A stretch of 64,000 nt of DNA from Candidatus Magasanikiibacteriota bacterium. GTDB lineage: Bacteria; Patescibacteriota; Patescibacteriia; Magasanikbacterales; UBA922. Below are positions 11,476 to 22,067 of the stretch, one piece after another; positions within the stretch are counted from its first letter, which is position 1, and every line of letters starts with the position of its first letter. Made by a program: the position numbers and the translations under genes. A model generated the notes under the pieces. The model was not told where the DNA came from. It made no database searches and worked only from the letters and a program-made list of their open reading frames with translations. The stretch covers positions 10,503 through 74,502 of the forward strand of contig JBPOJQ010000003.1 in NCBI GenBank assembly GCA_052033375.1, written 5' to 3'.

Positions 11476-12168
11476 TTACTTATTTCTTATCTGATATATG
11501 GTGTACCGAATAACCTGTTTCAAGAATAGCCAATGCTCCTTCCAATCTAGTTTTGAAGTGCTGTGTTTACGCATACGAAACTGATATGGAAATTCTTTAA
11601 TTTTTTCATAGTTTCCTTTTACCAATATTTCAAATAAGATTTTATACCCCTGTGTTTCAAGCGGTACATCCTTGATTACTGATTGCCGTAAGAAAAAATA
11701 GCCACTCAATGGATCTTTTGTACCAGTCAACCCTTTTGTCAAAAATACCCCAATTTCTGACAACACTTTTCTCCACCATACCCATTTCTCGACCGAACTT
11801 CCAGTTTTAAACCGACTCGCAACGGATATATCGCATTCATCAAGAGCGTATATCATGTTATTCAGAATACTCGGATCATGACTCAAGTCAGCATCCATCA
11901 CCCCAAGCACAGGTCGAGTACTCAAAGCAAATCCTTCCCGTACCGCGCTACCAAGTCCAAGTTTTTTGGCACGATGTATAACCTTGATTGGAAATTTTTT
12001 TATCAATTCTTCAGCAACCTCTCCTGTTCCATCAGGAGAATTATCATCTACAAAAATAATTTCCGCATTTATTTCATCAGTATTCAGAGAAGAAAAAATT
12101 CCTTCCACCAATAATGGAAGGTTTTTTGACTCATTATACGTCGGAATAATAATCGAGACAAACTTCAT
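11476..12168 (-). CDS. Polyprenol-phosphate glycosyltransferase (DPM1/ArnC-like GT2)
   Basis: IIPTYNE, VDDNSPDGT, GLGSA, VMDADLSHDP, DPLSGYF. Confidence 0.9.
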   Translation of the reverse strand: MKFVSIIIPTYNESKNLPLLVEGIFSSLNTDEINAEIIFVDDNSPDGTGEVAEELIKKFPIKVIHRAKKLGLGSAVREGFALSTRPVLGVMDADLSHDPSILNNMIYALDECDISVASRFKTGSSVEKWVWWRKVLSEIGVFLTKGLTGTKDPLSGYFFLRQSVIKDVPLETQGYKILFEILVKGNYEKIKEFPYQFRMRKHSTSKLDWKEHWLFLKQVIRYTIYQIRNK

Positions 12169-12863
12169 ACTGCTTTTTTTTCAAATATCATCACGATACT
12201 TTTTGGAAATATCCGACTAATCAACCAACCGATAGGGAGGGTAAATATGTATATAAAAAATAAATATTTAAGTGGGGTAATGAACAGTCGAGTATCAAAT
12301 AACCAAATAAACGCAACTAAAGACTTGGGGAAACTTGGTGAGCCAGTCTGATGTTCTACATGTCGACGATTTTTATTTAGAAAAAACAAAAGAGCATATA
12401 CAACAGCCTCCATACCCCGTGTTTTTACTGTTTTGAGAGCTCGATAGTTCTTTTTTCTTAATGTATCTTTCAATACTATTGGGTCAACAATACGTACATG
12501 CCCCACCTCGTCAAAATATGAGGGTTTTAATTTGAGTAATTTTTTTTCCGAAACTTCCGCAGGCACGACAACAAAAAAATGCCCATTTGGTCGCAATACT
12601 CTATTAATTTCACTCAAAACAATATCGATATTATCTACATGTTCCAAGACGTCATATGCATGTACTTCATGGAAATAATTATCAGGAAATGGAAGTGACT
12701 TCCCGTCAGTCACATAGAATGTTCCTTCTGCATGCACCTTTTTAGCGTATTCAATATTTTTTTCTAAAATATCAATACCAACATACACACCTCTTTTGGA
12801 AAGAAATTTGTAATTTCCACTCCACCCACATCCGTAATCCAAGATTATTTTTTCTTCTGACAT
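12165..12863 (-). CDS. Class I SAM-dependent methyltransferase
   Basis: LDYGCG, LPFPD, VLEHV, RVLRPNG. Confidence 0.88.
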   Translation of the reverse strand: MSEEKIILDYGCGWSGNYKFLSKRGVYVGIDILEKNIEYAKKVHAEGTFYVTDGKSLPFPDNYFHEVHAYDVLEHVDNIDIVLSEINRVLRPNGHFFVVVPAEVSEKKLLKLKPSYFDEVGHVRIVDPIVLKDTLRKKNYRALKTVKTRGMEAVVYALLFFLNKNRRHVEHQTGSPSFPKSLVAFIWLFDTRLFITPLKYLFFIYIFTLPIGWLISRIFPKSIVMIFEKKAV

Positions 12864-13831
12864 ACAATCATTAATCCTTGTCCATGGTCCAGTCTCGTAA
12901 GAGATTCCACTAGTGAATTAATCGGATTCAATACAACATCGCATAATAGACGGATCACTTTGATCCTACTCAAAAACTTGGAAATTGCCACTACTCCTTT
13001 CACTAACACTGAATGTGCTTTGTATTCATTGTCAAAAAGCTCAACGTATGATTGTATTGGCCAAATTACACCCCAAATTTTCTTAACTATTACTGGCTCA
13101 AACCCATTTTTCTTCCACCGTTCTACACATGCACTAGGAAGTTCAAGTCCAATATGTCCTCCGATTTTTTCAATAAAATATTTCTGAAATAACTCAGGAT
13201 ATCGATGTGCAAATCGAAACCACCTATTATTACTATCATTTTCTATAATATGAACTGTCTTCCCTCCGGGTTTTAATACTCTATGTATCTCCTTCATAAT
13301 CTGATCTTTATCCTCGCTGCGAATATGTCCAAAAAAATCAGAACTCACTACGTAATCAAATGTATTATCGGAAAAAGGAAGTTTATTAACCCCACCTTGT
13401 ATGACCAAATCGTATCCTTTTTTTGCAATTGCAAGTGCATCAAAAGACAGATCAATACCTATTATTTTCCCATATTTTGTAAAATAATCTCTTCCCGCAC
13501 CACATGCTATATCGAGAACAAGATTATTTCTACCCTTGATATTTCTCTTAAAAAACCTTTCTCGACGATATGCGAGACTTATTTTTTCTAAAATTTGCTT
13601 TAGAATATTATTCCGATTTAATCCTTGAAACCAATGTTCTCCTAATTCACCAGAATAAATATGGTCATAAAATTCTTTGTCTTTTTCTGCCAATATTTCT
13701 CCGCTCACCAACACCCCATCTTTTTTTTCAAAAGTAAATGAGCATTTACTGCACGCGCGGGTTTCCCCAGCATCCTTATCAAGCGTTGCCCGACAATTAG
13801 GACAAATTAATATTTTTTCTAGTGATTCCAT
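12845..13831 (-). CDS. Class I SAM-dependent methyltransferase with N-terminal Trm112-like Zn motif
   Basis: LICPNC...CSKC, LDIACGAG, LPFSDNTFD, RVLKPGG. Confidence 0.88.
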   Translation of the reverse strand: MESLEKILICPNCRATLDKDAGETRACSKCSFTFEKKDGVLVSGEILAEKDKEFYDHIYSGELGEHWFQGLNRNNILKQILEKISLAYRRERFFKRNIKGRNNLVLDIACGAGRDYFTKYGKIIGIDLSFDALAIAKKGYDLVIQGGVNKLPFSDNTFDYVVSSDFFGHIRSEDKDQIMKEIHRVLKPGGKTVHIIENDSNNRWFRFAHRYPELFQKYFIEKIGGHIGLELPSACVERWKKNGFEPVIVKKIWGVIWPIQSYVELFDNEYKAHSVLVKGVVAISKFLSRIKVIRLLCDVVLNPINSLVESLTRLDHGQGLMIVCQKKK

Positions 13832-13840
13832 ATATGCTTC

Positions 13841-15040
13841 TTAGGATTGTAAAACTTTTTTATAAACCTCAGTCGTATTTCTAATAAATTCTTCTACAAG
13901 GAAATTTTTTCTCTGCAATAGACATTCCTTTTTTAATTGAGCATATACATCCATATTCTCGAGGCTCTCCAATGCATCAGCTAGTGCGGGAGGGTGCGCT
14001 GGAGGAACGAGAATCCCTGCCCTACCAACCACTTCCGGTATTGCACCTGAATACGTAGAAAGTACCGGACAATTATTTGTTATCGCTTCAGCTGCCACAT
14101 ACCCGAACTGCTCCTGCCACACAGAATTTGGTATACTCCCGAGAATAAGCACGTGTGCACGTGAATAGAGTCTACGCAATACACGATTCGGTAATGAGTC
14201 TATAAAACGCACCGAACTGGATAGCCCAAACTCACGAACCAATCTCTTCAGATTCTCTTCCTCCCGGCCTTTTCCAATAAAAATAAGTTGTTTTGCTTGA
14301 TTCGTAGAGCGACTAAAAAAAATTTTCCACGCGTAGAGTACATCATACACGCCCTTTTCTTTTACCAAACGATTTACCGAGAGAAATATTTTTTTTTCTT
14401 GCCACTGAATCGCGTGATTATGCAATAGTTCTTCGAGTTGTATATCCTCTTCTGGATTTTTTTTCTCTACAACCACAGCAGGAGTGACTATCTGGATTTT
14501 TTTTTCTGGTACCCCCAAATCTCTCAACATATCAGCTGAATATGCAGATACAGGAAGAAACATATCAACACCGTCAATATTTTCTTGTCGATGTTTATAT
14601 ATAGTTCGAAGCCAAAAACGTGGTGGTTTTGAAAACAGTGGCCAGTAATTATACTCGAATCGCCCAAAACTATTATCCCATACGGTAGTTACAACTTTCA
14701 ATTTTGGATTTAACTTTTTAGCACGTACGGCTTGAGTGGTATAAAAATAACTAATTTCTGATGTATGCACAATATCAAAAGAAGAAACTTCTCTTTCTAA
14801 CCCAAACATCCACTGAAAACGTCCGCATATGCGCGCAGTAATTGGATTTAATACTCCGCTATCAGTACTTGAATGCAGGCGCTTCACAGGAAAAGCCACA
14901 TCAGTCGCATATAAATTTTTTCGAGTACAAAAACCCGTTACATCAAAAAAATCTGATAACTGTTCCCACAGTACCCCTTCCCAAGTATTGAGACTATCAC
15001 CTCGGACAAGTGCTATCCGTTTTTTCTTTTCAGACGCCAT
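13841..15040 (-). CDS. Glycosyltransferase family 4
   Basis: RLVKEKG, WQEQFGYVAAEA, SGAIPEVV. Confidence 0.9.
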   Translation of the reverse strand: MASEKKKRIALVRGDSLNTWEGVLWEQLSDFFDVTGFCTRKNLYATDVAFPVKRLHSSTDSGVLNPITARICGRFQWMFGLEREVSSFDIVHTSEISYFYTTQAVRAKKLNPKLKVVTTVWDNSFGRFEYNYWPLFSKPPRFWLRTIYKHRQENIDGVDMFLPVSAYSADMLRDLGVPEKKIQIVTPAVVVEKKNPEEDIQLEELLHNHAIQWQEKKIFLSVNRLVKEKGVYDVLYAWKIFFSRSTNQAKQLIFIGKGREEENLKRLVREFGLSSSVRFIDSLPNRVLRRLYSRAHVLILGSIPNSVWQEQFGYVAAEAITNNCPVLSTYSGAIPEVVGRAGILVPPAHPPALADALESLENMDVYAQLKKECLLQRKNFLVEEFIRNTTEVYKKVLQS

Positions 15041-15843
15041 ACAAGACTATATAGATAAAGGTAGTAGATATACTGCTGGAATACTACTTGCCAGCCATAC
15101 CGGCTAGTATATAAACCATTGCGCAATTGACCCACGCTCATTTTGACAGGTTCCCACAATAAATACCATACGGTGTGCCGACGCACTTTTTTTGTAAAAC
15201 TAATCCATTTGTCAGGATTGATATTAAAGCCTTCATAATGCACTAAATTGGGGAAAAAAAATGTAGCATGAATTGGCACCCATCGTTTTGCTTTTCTAAA
15301 GAATGCTTTCCATCCAATATTATTATACACCGGACGATGATGTAAACGTAAACCCGACTTTACTGTTTTTCCGTCCACATATGCCCACCCATGAGTTATG
15401 GACAAATAGTGGAAATGATTCTTTTTGAACAAACAATCTTTTTGAAAACCCTTTACATAAATTGATTTTTTCAAATTCCACATTTCCCATTGAAAATTAT
15501 AACAATTAATATCTGTCCCCTCAGCCTCGGATACCAGTTTCTTGATCACTGCATGGTCATTTGTGTCAATGTACTCGTCAGCGTCAATTTGAAAAATCCA
15601 CTCACTGCGAGCCTGCTCATAACTAAAAACGCGATGAAGTGATGAATCGCCCGTATGTGGACGTATAAAAATTCGATCGGTATATTCCCTGACAATATCA
15701 AGCGTTCCATCGGTGCATTCTCCGTCATGTATTACCACAATCTCATCCACCAAATCCTTAACACTATCAAGACAACGACGAATAATCGTCGCCTCATTGT
15801 AGATTACCAAGCAGGCAGAAATTGTAGGAATTTTGGTATTCAT
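15013..15843 (-). CDS. Glycosyltransferase family 2
   Basis: YNE..I.RCL.SV, DEIVV, TDGT, IDADE. Confidence 0.88.
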   Translation of the reverse strand: MNTKIPTISACLVIYNEATIIRRCLDSVKDLVDEIVVIHDGECTDGTLDIVREYTDRIFIRPHTGDSSLHRVFSYEQARSEWIFQIDADEYIDTNDHAVIKKLVSEAEGTDINCYNFQWEMWNLKKSIYVKGFQKDCLFKKNHFHYLSITHGWAYVDGKTVKSGLRLHHRPVYNNIGWKAFFRKAKRWVPIHATFFFPNLVHYEGFNINPDKWISFTKKVRRHTVWYLLWEPVKMSVGQLRNGLYTSRYGWQVVFQQYIYYLYLYSLVWRLKRKNG

Positions 15844-15847
15844 ATAT

Positions 15848-17176
15848 TTATTTCAATTTATCTTCAAGGAAGTCTCTCACTTTATAATACAGTCTGAACG
15901 GAAGTCGTAATATATTAGCACATTTCTCAGTAACAGATAGCGTGCCGAAATCCACTTGCAACAGTGCTGGGTATTTTTCTTTATACGCGATAATATCTTC
16001 TGTGGTTGGCGAAAACGAAATGGCGTCAAAAGCATTACGTATATTCACATCGACCATCCCTCGTGTAACGCACTCAGTGAGTACTACTTTCTCGAATTGT
16101 GACGTGATGTGCACTGGTCTATTATCACGAAAGACTTTTCGATTTGCCGCATCGCCCATCTCACGGAGAATTGCCCGATTACTGAGCACATACCCTACTG
16201 CACGGGCCATGGTTTGTGGATGATTTGCGATAATACCATTTTTCATATGATCAATCTGTTCCAATTGACCATTATCTTTCCGTGGCGTCGAATTCACTAC
16301 CACTGGTTTTTTCCAGAACATTGCCTCATTTATCGTATTACCATTACACTCTCCGATTTTTGAACTATGCACGAGCACATCAAGCGCCTGGTAAAAACTA
16401 TGAATTTCTTTTTCACTAGAAGTCTCATCACGGATGATAAAGTGATTACTATAACCACTTCTCTCTATTCTCCTCTTTCTCGACTGCGGAACGCCGATAA
16501 TAATGAACTTAATATTTGGCACTATATCCACCAGATACGGCATCATTTCAATCACCAGATCGCTCCATTTCGCCACATGAGCTCGAGCAATTTTACCAAT
16601 AACGAAATCCTCTGGCTCAATACCCAAACTTTTTTTATACACTACGATCTCTTCTGGGGTAAGTGTGTATTTACTCAGAGCTTCTGCGTCTACCATGTTA
16701 TAGAGCACCCTCATGGATTGACCATTGAACGGCTTCCCTGAACGTGGCAGATATCGTTCATGTATATGCATTTTGCTCTGAAAAAAAGAGCAGTGAATAT
16801 GATCAGCAACCGCCTTAGTATATCCCCCAAACACATTTTTTTCAACTATGACAATACGTGGATCGTACGTATGAATTTTTGACACCAGTTCTACTTCAAG
16901 GGGGACTGAAAACCCCGAACGATGTATATGCACCACCTGGATATTATTTTTTTTAATGTAATTCATTATTTCATCAGCAGTATTGGTGATAGCATATGGT
17001 ACACCGAGCTCAATCAGAGATTTCTCACCTACCCCACCACTATACGCTGCTGCAAAAATATTAAAATATTTTCGATTTAAATATTTACAAAACCCAATCA
17101 TATTACGCGTGCCACCCGCGTAACCAAAATTTGAAACAAGTTCAAGAATATTTATTTTTGATATTTTCTCATCCAT
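15848..17176 (-). CDS. Glycosyltransferase family 4
   Basis: GGT, GKIAR, GECNGNTINEAM..KKPVV. Start taken at MDEK; the ORF track gives 17200. Confidence 0.8.
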   Translation of the reverse strand: MDEKISKINILELVSNFGYAGGTRNMIGFCKYLNRKYFNIFAAAYSGGVGEKSLIELGVPYAITNTADEIMNYIKKNNIQVVHIHRSGFSVPLEVELVSKIHTYDPRIVIVEKNVFGGYTKAVADHIHCSFFQSKMHIHERYLPRSGKPFNGQSMRVLYNMVDAEALSKYTLTPEEIVVYKKSLGIEPEDFVIGKIARAHVAKWSDLVIEMMPYLVDIVPNIKFIIIGVPQSRKRRIERSGYSNHFIIRDETSSEKEIHSFYQALDVLVHSSKIGECNGNTINEAMFWKKPVVVNSTPRKDNGQLEQIDHMKNGIIANHPQTMARAVGYVLSNRAILREMGDAANRKVFRDNRPVHITSQFEKVVLTECVTRGMVDVNIRNAFDAISFSPTTEDIIAYKEKYPALLQVDFGTLSVTEKCANILRLPFRLYYKVRDFLEDKLK

Positions 17177-19032
17177 AATTCTAACATTACAAGCGACCAT
17201 ATATGATTACTATAATCAGCACGTCCATTTATATGATCTCTCCACATATTTTCTCGAGCAGATAGTAAAAAGAAATCTCCAATTCGACTTGTCGCTGATA
17301 ACACAGTATCTTCAACGAGCGGTCTCAATTCTCGAGAAATACTAGTGTTCAATGGAAACGCAAACCCCCGTTTTGGTTTTTGAATAATTTCCCTCGGTAA
17401 TTTTGCGGCTACAATATCTTTCCAAATATATTTTTGTATTTTTCCTCGAATTTTATGCTGTACCGGCAGCTGAAGCGCTTTTTCCACGAGCCTGTAATCC
17501 AAAAATGGTGATCGTACTTCAAGACCACTTGCCATGCTCGCACTATCGATTTTTGCTAGGTACCCTTCCGCAAGACGTCCAGGAAAATCCGCAATCATTG
17601 CCTGGGATACTATGTCTTTCCCCGCCGTATGATCAAACCATTTGTGCATCTGCGCTCTCGCACGTTCACTATCAACTGCTTTCTTGAATTCCGGTGTATA
17701 AAGGTCGTCCTTCGTAAGATAAAAATGACTCTCTGGTAAGTTTTTTTTCCACAGAGCACAATATTCAGTATACGCCGAAAAGAAATCATTTTGTAATATT
17801 TCCATTTGGTAATGACGATGCGATCCTTTTTTTGCCATACGCATCATAATTTGGCGTATTAAATTCGGAATGCGTTGATAATGTTGCAATACAGTCACAA
17901 AACGATAATTTTTGTATCCACCGAAAAGTTCATCTGCTCCATCTCCACTCAAAACCACTGTTACATACTTTTTCATTTCGCGACTGATAATAAGACTTGG
18001 AATAGCTGACTGATCAAAGAATGGCTCATCGTAGTGATCAGCAATATGCATCATAATATCTGGAAGATCTCCTGGATTGATATGTAATTCATGATGATTA
18101 GTTTTAAAAAATTTAGACACTACTCGTGCCATGCGTTCATCCTCACTCTCGCCACCAATACTAATAACAAACGTATCAATAGGTGACGTCGATACTTCAC
18201 TCATTGCAGCGACGACAGAACTAGAATCAATTCCACCGCTCAAAAAGGCACCTAATGGCACGTCACTTATCATTCTCTTTTCGACTCCATCAAGAAATAA
18301 TTTCCAAAGATCATACTTCCACTGCGCATATGATGCCGTGGTATTTACCTCAAATGAAGTAGGATTCCAATATTCTTTAATACTCAGAGTATTCCGCTGC
18401 CACCAGAGATAGTGTCCAGCAGGTAATTTATGAATATGTGTAAAACCAGTACGTGGTGCTGGGGCATAGCTAAACGTTAGAGCCTCATCAATTGCCTGGA
18501 AATCTATAGTACGATCAATCGTTGAATCACTCAATAATGATTTTATCTCTGAAGCAAACACAAAGCGATTATGGTTGAAAAAATATTTAAATGGTTTTTT
18601 CCCCACCCGATCACGTGCTGCAAATAATTTTTTTTCACGACTATCCCATACTGCAAATGCAAACATTCCATTGAGTTTTTCTAAACACAACTCCTGCCAT
18701 TCAATAAATGCATACAGCAGTACCTCAGTATCACTTGAAGAATCAAATGAATAACCTTTTTCAACCAATTCACGTTTCAATTCTTGATAATTATAAATTT
18801 CACCATTAAAAACTATAGTAAATCGACCATCGCGACTTACTCTTGGCTGTCTGCCGCCACTTGAGAGATCGATAATCGCAAGCCGACGCTGACCCAACGC
18901 GACTGTCTGATCATCACTAAACCACACACCCTCATCATCAGGTCCCCGATGTTTGAGACACTGAAGCATCCGATTAATTGTATCAGGGTGTATTTTTCCA
19001 TTATCGTGAATGCTACCAGCGATACCGCACAT
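17152..19032 (-). CDS. asnB: Asparagine synthase-like glutamine amidotransferase (probable glycan amidation)
   Basis: MCGIAG, HRGPDD, RRLAIIDLS, FNGEIYN, LSGGIDSS, SGDGADELFGGY, EVRSPFLD. Confidence 0.95.
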   Translation of the reverse strand: MCGIAGSIHDNGKIHPDTINRMLQCLKHRGPDDEGVWFSDDQTVALGQRRLAIIDLSSGGRQPRVSRDGRFTIVFNGEIYNYQELKRELVEKGYSFDSSSDTEVLLYAFIEWQELCLEKLNGMFAFAVWDSREKKLFAARDRVGKKPFKYFFNHNRFVFASEIKSLLSDSTIDRTIDFQAIDEALTFSYAPAPRTGFTHIHKLPAGHYLWWQRNTLSIKEYWNPTSFEVNTTASYAQWKYDLWKLFLDGVEKRMISDVPLGAFLSGGIDSSSVVAAMSEVSTSPIDTFVISIGGESEDERMARVVSKFFKTNHHELHINPGDLPDIMMHIADHYDEPFFDQSAIPSLIISREMKKYVTVVLSGDGADELFGGYKNYRFVTVLQHYQRIPNLIRQIMMRMAKKGSHRHYQMEILQNDFFSAYTEYCALWKKNLPESHFYLTKDDLYTPEFKKAVDSERARAQMHKWFDHTAGKDIVSQAMIADFPGRLAEGYLAKIDSASMASGLEVRSPFLDYRLVEKALQLPVQHKIRGKIQKYIWKDIVAAKLPREIIQKPKRGFAFPLNTSISRELRPLVEDTVLSATSRIGDFFLLSARENMWRDHINGRADYSNHIWSLVMLELWMRKYQK

Positions 19033-19035
19033 ATT

Positions 19036-20931
19036 TTATATAGAGAATGATAGATGCACTAGCATTATATTGTCGATAGTCTTGAAGCGAGGAAATTTTT
19101 CTAGATTTGGATCAGATTGTGCAATTGATTTAGCATGATCCACCACTGCACGTATTCCTCCAGCTTCGATCAGCTCCCAAAAGGTATATAAACCATCTGT
19201 TGTGTGTATATCAATATCAGATGGAATTGCCCCATCAGTACATACTACCATTTGCTTCATATCAACCAGTGGCACCGCGGTGGTATCGACTCGAAATTTT
19301 CCACCACCATTAATGCGTGGAATTTCTCCTGTATTGAACTGTCGTAATGATTCCATCATCTCACCCAAAACAGGCGAAAAGCGATGGTCTGTTTTTTTAT
19401 TTTTAAGCACCTCTGAAACAGAGCATTTGTATTGTGTAGCCAGCGCACTAGCCACCTCTAATACTTTTTGGTCACGTGAGTGCACATGGTCAATAGTTAA
19501 TAGTCTAACAGAGCCATCGGTGTGCAGTCCAATTGCATATGCATCGCCTGCGTTTGAAATTTCTATCAATCCACGCTCACTATCTACACACACACCTACA
19601 ATTGAGCCGTATGGCACTGAATCAGAAAATTCAGTCTGTTCAATATCTGCATGATTTTTTTTCATGTCTCCTGCGATTGCAGTATTTATCTGCATAAGTA
19701 CATCAGCTGTTGAAGAGCTATGATTGATCTTAGTTGCATGTTGTAGTACTTGGTCACGTATATATTGTCCTCCGGTTTGCCCCCGTAGACTGGGCACCTC
19801 TGCCATCTGAGTACCTCCATCAACTACCAAAAAATAAGTACTGTTCTCATGTAGTACCGCGACGCATCCATCTTCATTAACCGTATTTCCTTCACCACGT
19901 TCAGTCAGAGCCTCGAGCTGCACCGTTATGTTTGGAAGACGAATTTCCTGTTTTCTTACACACCCGTCAACTAAATCTCTTGAAGAAAAGGGTGCCGACT
20001 TATCAAGTGATTCAAGTGCCGGAACTAGACTATCGGATAATTGATTCAGGACACTGTCAAATGATACCGTGGTTACCTGTTCGACATACTTTTGCAATCC
20101 TTTGATATACCTCCACGCATTTTCATTATGCAGAGGCATACGTTCACGCATAAATTGATCTGTAATCCGACCTGAAGGTGGTTTATCTTGATACGGATCA
20201 GACCAATTCGTTTGCTCGGCAGGACGAAAATCCTCTACTTGTTTAAGACGATTAGTGTGCGGAGCACGCTTCGCAAATTCATCTAAAAGACGTACTAGCA
20301 CTGCTTCAGGTGGTAATTTTTGAATAGCTTCATCCATTGATTGATCTGCGGGGGTCTGCATCAATGACTCATTTGGAAGTACAGCTAAAATGTCTTCGCG
20401 TATACCGATACGCTCCAGCGCTCTTTTCCCAATTGCTTCATTCGTATAAAAAAGATGGGTAACGAACCTACCATCATCATGGAGAGCAGCTGCAGCTGCT
20501 GTATGATGTGGATTCAGTGTATACAAATCGTTAATTGCTTTTTGTGCCCATGGTTCCTCGACATCTTGTATATCTTTTAGGTGATTCTTGATGTACTCGA
20601 CTACAATCTCTGCACCCTTTGTCGCAAGCTCGATATGTTCCTCGGGTCCTCCTGGCTTATCCCAATTAGCATAGCTTGATAGGTCGACAATCTCACCTGC
20701 AGCAAGACTTTTGTTTGCAGGAGTGAGACGCCATGGATGTTCTGCATTAGTTGGGGAAACTGCCTTATGATACCGACGGATTGCATCAACATCAGCCGCA
20801 GTAACAGGCTTTGTACTCTCAAGGATTGCAGTCCCGGCTAGTAGCTTCTGACCTTGCTCAATAACAAAAGAATATCGCTCACCTGCCTCAGGATCGACAA
20901 TAACTGGCGGACGCTCATGCCGTTCGGACAT
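19036..20931 (-). CDS. Putative fusion of an HD-domain-like N-terminus and a PP2C/PPM-like phosphatase C-terminus
   Basis: EEH...AAALHDDGR...D in the N-terminal half; NEDG, VVDGG, NAGDA, LTIDH, CTDG, DNI in the C-terminal half. Confidence 0.65.
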   Translation of the reverse strand: MSERHERPPVIVDPEAGERYSFVIEQGQKLLAGTAILESTKPVTAADVDAIRRYHKAVSPTNAEHPWRLTPANKSLAAGEIVDLSSYANWDKPGGPEEHIELATKGAEIVVEYIKNHLKDIQDVEEPWAQKAINDLYTLNPHHTAAAAALHDDGRFVTHLFYTNEAIGKRALERIGIREDILAVLPNESLMQTPADQSMDEAIQKLPPEAVLVRLLDEFAKRAPHTNRLKQVEDFRPAEQTNWSDPYQDKPPSGRITDQFMRERMPLHNENAWRYIKGLQKYVEQVTTVSFDSVLNQLSDSLVPALESLDKSAPFSSRDLVDGCVRKQEIRLPNITVQLEALTERGEGNTVNEDGCVAVLHENSTYFLVVDGGTQMAEVPSLRGQTGGQYIRDQVLQHATKINHSSSTADVLMQINTAIAGDMKKNHADIEQTEFSDSVPYGSIVGVCVDSERGLIEISNAGDAYAIGLHTDGSVRLLTIDHVHSRDQKVLEVASALATQYKCSVSEVLKNKKTDHRFSPVLGEMMESLRQFNTGEIPRINGGGKFRVDTTAVPLVDMKQMVVCTDGAIPSDIDIHTTDGLYTFWELIEAGGIRAVVDHAKSIAQSDPNLEKFPRFKTIDNIMLVHLSFSI

Positions 20932-20939
20932 AGGATTTA

Positions 20940-22067
20940 TTATTCAATGACTATCGCATTAATCGTAGCGATAATATACAGTACCTCTTCATCAGTTAAT
21001 TTTGGATAGAGCGGAAGTGTGATTGTTGAGGCGCCGATATGCTCAGCGATTGGAAAAGCTCCTGGTTGAAAGCCGTATTTCTCGCGATAATATTTCATCA
21101 AATGAATCGTCCGGAAATTCACGGCAACTCCAATACCCGCGTCTTGAAGTGCGTGCAGGTATTCGTCTCGTTTTTCAGGTTTTACCCAAATAGTATAGAG
21201 ATGCCGAGCATGTTTGGTACCTGATAGTACGGCTGGTTTACCTATATGTGAATTTGCTTTAAACCCCTCATCATACATAGCCGCAATTCCTGCTTTTTTC
21301 GTCAAATATTCTTCCATTCTATCTATCTGATGAATAAGTACTGATGCTGCAATATTATTCATATTGCATTTATACCCTAAAAATTCCATGTCATAATGTT
21401 CATACCGTTTGGTATAACGATCAGCAGCATTTTTACTCATACCATGAAGACGCGCTTTGGCAAGCCAGGCATACCATTCAGCATTCTTAGTAACGAGCGC
21501 CCCACCTTCACCACTGGTAATATTTTTTGTAGCATAAAAACTAAAACATGAGATGTCTCCCAACTGTCCCGGACGGACTCCATCGCGCTCACCTTCGATA
21601 CAGTGGGCACAATCTTCGACTACTTTTAGCGCATGTTTATCGGCAATTCTTCGAATTTCCCGCATATCACACATTTGTCCATATAGATGGACGACGATAA
21701 TTGCTTTTGTTTTTGGTGTAATCGCAGATTCAATACGGCTCACGTCAATATTACCCGTGGTTTGTTCAACATCCACAAATACAGGCTGTGCGCCACAATA
21801 TTCAATCGCATTTGCAGTTGCAATAAATGATAGTGGTGTCGTAATTACTTCGTCACCAGGGCCCACACCAAAGCAGCGAAGCGCCAAAAGCAATGCATCT
21901 GTGCAAGACGTCACACCTACTGCATATTCTACACCAAGGTAGCGAGCAAATTTTTGTTCGAAATTTTTTACTACTTCGCCAGTTGTCAAAAACAGTGAAT
22001 CAAGCACTTTAATGCATTCTTCTTTATCCGCAGCAACTAGATTGTGCTTGTAAAATTCTATTTTCAT
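20940..22067 (-). CDS. DegT/DnrJ/EryC1/StrS sugar aminotransferase, ArnB-like
   Basis: GPGDEVIT, EDCAH, FSFYATKNITSGEGG, GYKCNM, TLPLYP. Confidence 0.92.
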   Translation of the reverse strand: MKIEFYKHNLVAADKEECIKVLDSLFLTTGEVVKNFEQKFARYLGVEYAVGVTSCTDALLLALRCFGVGPGDEVITTPLSFIATANAIEYCGAQPVFVDVEQTTGNIDVSRIESAITPKTKAIIVVHLYGQMCDMREIRRIADKHALKVVEDCAHCIEGERDGVRPGQLGDISCFSFYATKNITSGEGGALVTKNAEWYAWLAKARLHGMSKNAADRYTKRYEHYDMEFLGYKCNMNNIAASVLIHQIDRMEEYLTKKAGIAAMYDEGFKANSHIGKPAVLSGTKHARHLYTIWVKPEKRDEYLHALQDAGIGVAVNFRTIHLMKYYREKYGFQPGAFPIAEHIGASTITLPLYPKLTDEEVLYIIATINAIVIE

